DNA of 64,000 nucleotides from Macrostomum lignano (Eukaryota): NCBI GenBank assembly GCA_002269645.1, contig NIVC01002140.1, positions 62,001 to 126,000 of the forward strand, read 5' to 3'. Shown piece by piece: positions 55,871 to 64,000 of this stretch (position 1 is its first letter; each line of letters starts with the position of its first letter). The notes under the pieces were generated by a model. It saw only the letters and a program-made list of their open reading frames with translations, ran no database searches and was not told where the DNA came from. The position numbers and the translations under genes were made by a program.

Positions 55871-57519
55871 CTGTAAAATGAGAAAAACGGAGGCAGCAGG
55901 GCAGAAAGCATGGCTAGCGATCTCGTTAAAACAGCAGTCAACAGAGCCATACACCCGAAATAAAAAATCGCGCATTTTGTCCACGGCGTGCAGCCTAGAG
56001 CACGGGTCCGCAAAGACATGGTACCAGCCAGGCACATGAAAAGCGCGCACCTCAACCCCACGCCTAACAGCAATGAGCATGGCAGTCTGGAACAGCGGCT
56101 GCAACTCAGGCTGCCGACAGCAACCTCTGTTAATCATGCCAACAGCCGCACTAGAGTCGGAGTAGACCACGACCGAACTGTCATTTAAAAAGGCACCCCA
56201 GCGAACCATAGCCAGCAGCGGAACAATAGCTTCTTTGTACGTGATATGCTTGTCTTTAAACTTTCCTCCAGCATCCAGATCCCAATTGACGTACAGCCAA
56301 TCCACCATACCGCTACCATTGCGCAAAATGGCTCCGCCACCAGCACTGCTCGCATCGGTTTCGATGATCCAGCCGTTTGTGCAACTTCTCCAAAGCTGAA
56401 AATCAGGCAGCTTCAGAAGGGCACCTCGCCACCAGAGTAAAATACGCACAGTGTCAGCGGACACACGCACTTTGTGATGTGGCTTTTCCAGGGCATTAAG
56501 CAGGTCGAACAGGGGTCTTAGGAAGCAACTCCCAGCGTGCACCACCAAAGCGACGAAAGCTGTCGTTTCGAGAGACGCCTGCGCTGCGAAAAGTTAAGCA
56601 GTGTGGTGCGCATTTCCTCACACTTTTCCGCCGGCACACTAAGAACTCCACGGACAGTATCAATCTTCACACCGAGATACACCAAGCATTGCGTAGGTTC
56701 AACCACTTTGTTCCAATTGACACCAAAACCTAACTGGCGAACCAGCTTAATCAGCTCTTTCAGAGCATCCATACACTCTTTCTCGCTCTCGGCCGCAACC
56801 AGAAAATCATCCAGGTAAACCGAAATATTGGCCACGCCGCGTCGCACCATCATCCTCTTGACCGCTTGAGTAAGCCGGTAGAAAATCTCGACCGAGGCGC
56901 AGCTACCAAAGGGTAGCCGGGTGTCGACAAGCCATGTCAGATCACGGTTGCCTTTAAAGCGCCAACCAATGCCGGTCGCCTGGTAATCATCCGGATGGAT
57001 CGCCACGCTTCTGTAAGCTTGCGACAAGTCAAGCTTAGCCATGAACCAGCCCTTGCCGATAGAGGCTGCAACCTTCTTGACGGACTCAAACCTGGGGCTC
57101 AGCTTCTTCGTATAGTTGTCATTTACCGAGTAGCCCGGAGGCGTGCTGCAGTCATGAATAAGTCGAACCTTCCCGTTATCCTTGGGAATTGCTCCCAGAG
57201 GGCTGACCATCGTAGGCTTCTTAGGCACAATCAAATACCTGCCATTCTCAATCTCTTCCTTAATTTGCAACTCAACAGCGCGATGAAAAGCAGAAGTAGA
57301 CATGTAATTGGCATTAAAAGTCTCACAAAGCCCTTTGCCATCAGTAATGCGAAAACCATTTGCGATGCCGTCTAGGATAAAATTCCGATCAGGGTCATTC
57401 TCAAGCTCAGAATCCCACGAACAAAAACGCAGGCGACCCCCTGCACTGCCAACGACAGGATTGTTAAAATTTAAAGCAGGCTGAGCATTAGGCAAAATTT
57501 TAGGATTAAAACAGAGCAT
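55733..57519 (-). pseudogene. pol: RT-RNase H, right-arm copy, same frameshift
   Basis: ORFs 56518-57519 and 55733-56548 are identical to the left-arm translations. Confidence 0.9.
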
Positions 57520-57527
57520 CGCAGACT

Positions 57528-58646
57528 TCAGTTTTTTGTCGAATGGTTGGCCTCAGGGTGGGCCTCGAAACAGATGCGGCATACGTGCCGGAATTTGCAG
57601 CTCGACCGGAAGCACCCCCGGCGATTAAAGTGCAAGCAGATCTCTTCCCCGTCTGGCGTTCTGAGGCTCTTGGGGTCTATTGGTTTTTGAAAACGCTGCT
57701 GCCGTGGCTGGGGCAATGACTTGCTGACTCCATGGTTTGCTGGAGTTCCAGTTCTGATTAAGTGCTTAGCAACGAGTTGGAAAGACTCCTTGCCCCATCG
57801 CATGCCAGTTTCAGCTTGCCTAGTGCGGTAGTCCTCGTCAAAACGATTCACCTGCGCAAGGCCGAAGCCCGCGTCAAACAGCTCGCCAATCTGTATTGAG
57901 TAGCGTAAGTAATTCATCAAATCAGTCGTGTCGGCAGTTCCATTTCTACTAGTCACCAGGGCACCATCCTTGATCATCTGCATCATCAGCCTGCAATTTC
58001 CTACCAAATACTGCGCTGCCGTGATGCTATCTGGATTAGGTTTTCTGCTCTTGTAAGTGATTCGGCCACCAGAACCATTAGCCAGCACCACTTCCTGCTC
58101 AAAGCCGTCGAGGAAATCACGAATCAGGAGAGCCTTACGTCTACCAGAACACTCCATCCGTTCATTGGCCCTGTTCTGTGACAACAATCTGTCAAGCAGC
58201 TCATTGCCATTATCTGCTTGGTCTAATCCAGCATCATCACACCCATCAGGAAAGTAACTGGGGCCAGCAGGCTTGGCACACTCACCGCGATTCATAGGAC
58301 GCGTGGATGGACACTCGCGCTGCAGATCTCCGATCTCCCTCTTGAGTTGAGCGGCTTCCTTGCGTAGTTGCAACAGTCTGATCTCCTTCTCCGCTTTCGC
58401 GATGTCCTCGTCCAGGCCCGCCGCCGACTCCCGAGCCGCCTCCGTACTGATGTTGTCATCTGCTTCGGCTTCTTGCTTAGATTGCTCCATGTTCTGCAAC
58501 AGCGAATCTGTCCACGACTGGTCTGGGGCTGCGAGCAGGGCGCTGACAAGGTCGGCCTTGTTGCCCCGACTGCTTATGTTAGCGTGGGCACACAAGGCTT
58601 GCAGAGCCACCTTGCTCAGGTGCATAAGTTTGTCGCGGTCAGCCAT
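57528..58646 (-). CDS. gag: Ngaro ORF1 (Gag-like), right-arm copy
   Basis: Identical translation from MADRDK. Confidence 0.85.
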   Translation of the reverse strand: MADRDKLMHLSKVALQALCAHANISSRGNKADLVSALLAAPDQSWTDSLLQNMEQSKQEAEADDNISTEAARESAAGLDEDIAKAEKEIRLLQLRKEAAQLKREIGDLQRECPSTRPMNRGECAKPAGPSYFPDGCDDAGLDQADNGNELLDRLLSQNRANERMECSGRRKALLIRDFLDGFEQEVVLANGSGGRITYKSRKPNPDSITAAQYLVGNCRLMMQMIKDGALVTSRNGTADTTDLMNYLRYSIQIGELFDAGFGLAQVNRFDEDYRTRQAETGMRWGKESFQLVAKHLIRTGTPANHGVSKSLPQPRQQRFQKPIDPKSLRTPDGEEICLHFNRRGCFRSSCKFRHVCRICFEAHPEANHSTKN

Positions 58647-58857
58647 TGCAAAAAAATGAGAAAAAAAATCAATACGCGCTTGCAGGCGGGTCAGCGACAG
58701 CCCGCACCGTATTAAATAAACGCCACCCAGGCCGCGGGCACGTGACCAAGGCCCGGCCCACCCCCCCCCCCCGCACCAACGCACAAGAGCCACGCCCCAC
58801 TGGTTTAACACCCAACCAAGCTACGCCCGGTCGGACCATTTTTGTGGGTGAAAAAAA

Positions 58858-59721
58858 ATGGAAGCTATAGCCGAAAGACTAAACAACATTGTTTCACACT
58901 CCAAGGAGAGCATTCCTATTACAATAACTGGGCGAATTAATGACTCAAACGGGATGTTTGTTGAAAAATTAGAGCAGGCGATTCGCCTGGATCCAGGCGC
59001 TAATTACCATGTCTATCTTAACGACTTCACTGGTTGGTCAAACGTTCCCAATGTGATGGCAGCAAATAATAAGTTTTATTACAAATGGAAAGGTGCAGCA
59101 GCAGACCCTGTGGTATTCCATGTGAGCACGCAAAGTGTGGATACCTACAATAACTTTCTAGAAAATGTCTTTACTAAAAGAGGCCATTTTGAGACACCTG
59201 ATGCGAGTAAGCCAGAGAAGAAACTGTTCCCTGCCAAACTAACCTATGATCTCACTGTAATGAGAGTGGTCATGCAAGTTCACAAAGATGCGGAGGTTGA
59301 GTTTAAAGATGACACTTGGTATAGGGAACTTGGATTCGAGAAGAAAGTTTATAAGGCAGAATCCGCGGCGCGGACCGCCACTCAAGCATCGGGGACTGTT
59401 AGAATGGTCCGGGAAAGTGTAAGCGGTTTGTTCTTAGCACCCAATATTGCAGACATTGTAAAGGGTTTGAATATTCTAATCAGAAGCAATCTCAGTCTTG
59501 ATTGAGTATTTAAGGGAAAACGAACGAATATTTTGTACAACATCTCCAACTCTGTAGCTGGAGGACAGATGGTGGTAGAGAAACCAAATCCAGTGAAAAG
59601 AGTTGTATTGAGTAATAAGGAGATTCACGAGATTGTGCTACAGTTTGAGACTGAAGATGGGATGGGCGTTGATTTCAACGGTGAAGAGTTTGTACTGACG
59701 TTGATCATTGAGAGAATGTGA
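58858..59721 (+). pseudogene. Penton-like gene, right-arm copy, same TGA (59503-59505)
   Basis: Mirror of 46241-47104. Confidence 0.7.
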
Positions 59722-60073
59722 GAAAATTCGTTCCCCTTTTAAGTATGCTTGCCGAGAATAGAGTGGTATGAAAAAATGCGCGCATGTGTACTCAAAATCT
59801 CTTACCCCATTCTGGTAGTATGAGGGCGTGGGCCTCGCGTGCGTGGGGGAGAGGGGAGTGTATGTGTGTGTGGGCGCAGCGCGCGTGGGGGAGAGAGATT
59901 TTCACTTTAACTGAGCCCAGCCGAGGAAGAATTCCGTCTCGAGGGAAGGCCAGAATGCAAAGGATTTCGGCCTCGCGCGAGGCCAAAATGAAAACGATTT
60001 CGGCCTTTTGGCCTTTTTGGCCTTTTGGCCTTTTTGGCCTTTTGGCCTTTTGGCCTTTTGGTTTTTCGGTTTT

Positions 60074-60316
60074 TTAACGCAACTGCCTAATGATTTCTGC
60101 AAAGTTATAGTAGCTGTCGTAATCTTTTACGTAGGTTACTCCATACTTATGAAACCAGTGTCTTTGGAGAGCTAGATTAATATTAGGGACATTGATATCA
60201 ACGTCGGGCCAATATTTTCTCATGTATTCGCTGCATTCAAGTTTGCATCGGTACTTGGATTTGTAATTAGGCTCGTGCTCTTTGTAATAAGAACCTGGAG
60301 AGACGACTGGAAACAT
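60074..60316 (-). CDS. 80-aa TIR-embedded ORF (right arm)
   Basis: Identical translation to 45646-45888. Confidence 0.6.
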   Translation of the reverse strand: MFPVVSPGSYYKEHEPNYKSKYRCKLECSEYMRKYWPDVDINVPNINLALQRHWFHKYGVTYVKDYDSYYNFAEIIRQLR

Positions 60317-63300
60317 TTTTATTGAGAATTTAATTTTTTTTCAAAGGGTGAGGACCCTGCGCTGATGATTTAAAGTCTTAGGGATCTGGTAGCATGTTGC
60401 GAATTGAATGTGGGGAGAAGAATGCAGATTATTTTCTGATTGTTTCGAAGATGCTATGGGTGGATGTCGGTGGATGATGTCTGTGTCAGTGAGCATAGCA
60501 GGTGTCCACAGTGAGCATAACAGGTATCAGTGGACACCTGCTATGATTCTGTCAGAGATAATATGGATGGATTTAATGGGATTATGAAGGACGTTTTGTG
60601 AGCGAGTGCGACCCCCCTTTTTTTCTGATTCTGTCGGGGATAATATGGATGGATTTAAAAGGATTATGGAGGACGTGAAAAATTTTGTCCCAAAAGCCCC
60701 CTCATGCCTTCTACTCCGGTCAGTTGCAAAAGGGTCAAAGTTCTGAGCAAGTAAGTACAGTACGCACTTTTCTGTTCCGGCCGATTTCTGCTGAGGAGCA
60801 GTATCGGCCAAACGCATGAGGACAGTCTTCTTCTTACTTGCTTTCAATAAGTGCACTATTATCTGTTTTCACCTTTTTCACCTTTGTTGTCGGTGGCTCC
60901 GACTAGAAAATAGCTCAACTGTCAATTTTGTTCTGCAGATGATAACCAGAATTCAGTGAATTTCTCACCAATTTCAAGTGTGTAGCCTTCATCGACATAA
61001 GTATCCAATGAAAATGTTTTTACCTAAAGCTCAATTCATTATTTTCTTTCATATTTCAAATATTAATACTAACACTTATGAAATTTCACACGATTTTCGA
61101 CTTGGATTTTTGCCAATACTCAGGTAATTTTGGTGTGGTGAGTTCACTGATATTTGATTCACTAGACGGCCCGTACCGTTCCTAAAGTCCTCGTCCGCGT
61201 GTTTGGCATCGTTTTTACAGGTGCTGTTGTTAAAGGAATTGTTGTAAAATATGAGGTCCAACGAAGTGTTTAAAAGCTGAATTAAGATGATTAAGATGAT
61301 CCATTATCGCTGCAGAGGAACTGAGTAGCCGATACAGCGAGAAACAGCAGTGATTGGTCATCAACTAATCTGCTAAGTAAGGCTGGTGTTCCAGAAGCTG
61401 CTGAGCTCCTGCCTTGCTTGCAGTTCGGATAACCAGAACGACTTGAATGCCTCCGTGGAGACATCCACCATCTGCAGGTCCAGAATCAGCTGCTGCTTGG
61501 TCTTAGAATCAAGAAAGTCGCCGGAATTCGAATATTTCATTCCAAAAAGCTGATCGAGTTCCGGAGCAGTGGTGCAGTTCACAGCCCTACGAGCGTAGAC
61601 TTCTTTGTTCCTTCCAATCTGGAAATACTGAATTTTATGTTATCCAACAAATTGTTAGTGCTGCCAGCAACAAAGACATTAAAACGCGAACTTGGCACAG
61701 AAACGAAGCAGGCCTCCGTCAATAAAAAATGTGTTTCGAACTTCAATCTATATTTGGCTTAAAGCAGACATAACACGAGAAAAAAAAGAAGAAAAAAATT
61801 CAGGGCGAGAAGGCAAAGTGAGCCGCCAGTAAAGCGCGACGGGGGTTTAAAAGCACCCCCTGCCACCCAAAGGGGGGGCAGGCGGCGATGTACAATCAAC
61901 GCGCTGGACACTAAAGCCGGTTTGTGCGCTTGCACAGCACAAACCAGTCCATTCATACTGCTGGTTGAACATAAGGCTGGCAAAGTTCAGGTCCGTCTCA
62001 GTAACGTACTTTCACGTGCTCAAACATCTTATTTACATGTAGGGGTCATACTATAAAGCTGTCGTAGCGTAAGTTCGATCGTACGTCGGAACTTTTACAC
62101 TGCGGAGATGGGAGCTAAGAGCAATCTTATCTTACGATAGTTTTATAGAACGGGCCCGTACTCTTTTAAATTTATCGTCTCAAAGACAGTTGCTTCTGTC
62201 TTTTCAGCACAGCGGGACCCACAAAATACATAGATCGAGGCAGTTCTCAGATTTTGAAAAGTTTCAGCGAAGATTTTCAGATAGAAAAAAGCCTTGAACA
62301 CTTTCAAACCAGTCTAGCAAATTCAGAAACAGCGCGGCCGCCTGATCCTGGAGATGAAAATTTCAGCGCAAGAAAGTGTCGTTTAGAATTGCAAAGTTAA
62401 TTATTTTGATCTGTGTTCTCTCCTGGTGCAAAAACTCAGGTGGGTCAAGTCGAGTTTCATTCGAGTCGCCTTGCAGAGCAGAGCGCTGACGAACTTCGGC
62501 CAATAGAAAAAGCCTCAGTCTGGTTGCTGCACCAATTCGCTGAGATTCTGAATCCCCGAAACGAAAAGGGCGAGCTGCGTTTTGGATACTCGTGGCGACT
62601 GCGGTACCGGATGGGGGGCCACAGTCGCGAGTCCAAGCGTTATAGTTGTCAGTTGAAGACAACAGGAATGTTGCGATGTGGACAGTCTGGCTCACGTTCA
62701 GCTAAACAGGCATCGAGTTGTTGTGCTCTGACGAACAATCCGCTGATCTACTAAGCCAACTTTTTAGAAATTTCAATAATGAAGGACTCGTCTGTCATTA
62801 AGTCTAACTTTGCAAATATTTCTCTTATTTTGTATTTGCATTTGGAGCGGTCACAAAAATTAAAAAGTTGAAGTTGAGTTCACCAAACTGTTTGAAGCTG
62901 TTTCCCCCTCTGACAGTAAACATGGTATTGACGCCAGTTTTAACAAACTGTCGCAAGAAAATTCTCCATCTGCAGATGCCCGTCTCATCGCTCAACGCTG
63001 CACAGTTGCTCCAGCAGTTCAGCAAGCGCCGGTCGGAAGTAATGCCTTTAAAATGAATGCTTAACCGCCTCTGTTCTAGCTGTTTGCTTCAATTTGCGTC
63101 CTGCAGCTCTGGTACAGCTCACTCGTGAAGGCCGACAAAGAGTCCATAAATGAGCTGCTTGAGTTGCCCTCAGCTTGCTCGTCAGAGAGCAGCTCATGTA
63201 GCCGCTGCACCACAGTGCCGAAGCTCTGCTGCAGTTAGGCTGTTGGATCCTTGAGATTGCTGCAGCTCAGGGTTGTTCAAGCTATCGTATACTTAAAGCT

Positions 63301-64000
63301 GAACGAATTTTACCCACAAGATCCTTCTCTTCAAGGCTTTTGGCAAGGCAGTTTATCAGAGGCCAATCAAGAGGTGATGCTTTCCGTCGTCAGTCGCATC
63401 CACAGGCGCATTGGGACAGAGCGGCGCCAATAAGCACAGCGCAAGCAGTATTCTACTGAGTCTTTGTTTGTTTGCAAGCTGCCAGTTCTATTTCAGATAA
63501 AATTGAAAACAAATTCAGGAAAAGCAAGGAAGAAATTTCAGTTTAGTTTTTTGGAGAAATGAAGTTTGAAGTTTTAAATCTGCATGTAGCCGTGTGCTCA
63601 TTTTATGAGTTTGCAGTTTAAGCTTTGCTATCGTATCAGTATGTGTAGCTGAAAAGCTTCCAATCATAGTAGGCTCTGTACGATCGATTTAGCCATATAT
63701 TTATTTATCCGTTAAAAAGCGAGAAACAATCAGGTTAAGCTTAAAAAGGTAGCGATCATAGCTGATCCTCAGCTAACCTGCAGCCACCAATCTGAGCAAA
63801 TTGGTTTCACCAAACCAGTTAATCTGCTTCAGCTGCAGACTGCAGACAGCTCACGGCAAAAATGCAGAACTGCAGAGTGACTCCTTCAACGAAAGTGCAA
63901 GACACCGTACGGCATGCATGTTTATCATTTAAACTTTTAAGAACACAATCTGAATTTTTTTTAAAAATTTAGACCTTGGTCTACCGTAGGTACAGTTGCA

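Larger units (their letters stand above)
54490..58838 (-). mobile_element. Ngaro copy in the right arm (inverted; lacks the last ~45 bp of B2)
   Basis: Mirror of 47124-51473 with identical predicted proteins and the same RT/RH frameshift. Confidence 0.93.
45247..60715. mobile_element. Palindromic Polinton/adintovirus derivative, 15469 bp
   Basis: AGTAG...CTACT termini; 6-bp TSD CCGGTC (45241-45246, 60716-60721); arms 45247-51473 and 54490-60715 are near-perfect inverted copies. Confidence 0.92.

Noticed and set aside
47248-58715. Numerous short antisense or overlapping ORFs within the Ngaro copies (e.g. 50178-50669, 48588-48968)
   Set aside because: They are shadows of GC-rich sense ORFs with no recognisable motifs.
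45247-60715. Palindrome as a pure assembly artefact
   Set aside because: The arms differ at several positions, a matching 6-bp TSD flanks both ends and the junction has a distinctive scar. It is not fully excluded without spanning reads.
62120-62157. Harbinger-like TIR end (…TTTTATAGAACGGGCCC) resembling 32896-32913
   Set aside because: I found no partner TIR or TSD in the window, so I cannot delimit an element.

Overview
This is animal (probably invertebrate) genomic DNA, not prokaryotic. The backbone is a tandemly duplicated host locus of minus-strand stonustoxin/MACPF-like + FN3 + septin/AIG1-like GTPase genes: one full-length pseudogene (5047-8591), one intact GTPase-only ORF (39023-41011) and one 5' fragment (42505-43398). 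Most of the rest is nested mobile DNA. (1) A complete Gypsy LTR retrotransposon (12330-35466, minus strand, CATT TSD, tRNA-Gln PBS, PPT) encodes a cold-shock domain between Gag and protease. Nested in it are a 6.5-kb Spy/ISL2EU-like DNA transposon inserted at AAA|TTT with no TSD, which has kilobase TIRs made of 161-bp tandem repeats and carries a USP-type deubiquitinase in frame with the transposase remnant; a Polinton/adintovirus arm (PolB, integrase, PLA2); a Harbinger-type MITE; and a 1.9-kb solo LTR. (2) A 15.5-kb palindromic Polinton/adintovirus derivative (45247-60715, CCGGTC TSD) has 6.2-kb inverted arms, each with penton plus a Ngaro tyrosine-recombinase retrotransposon, around a unique hexon/ATPase spacer. 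It has no polymerase or integrase. (3) There are three Ngaro copies. Splice signals in the long copies predict a SAP-domain-Gag/tyrosine-recombinase fusion protein. All domain calls are by motif recognition only; no database searches were run.
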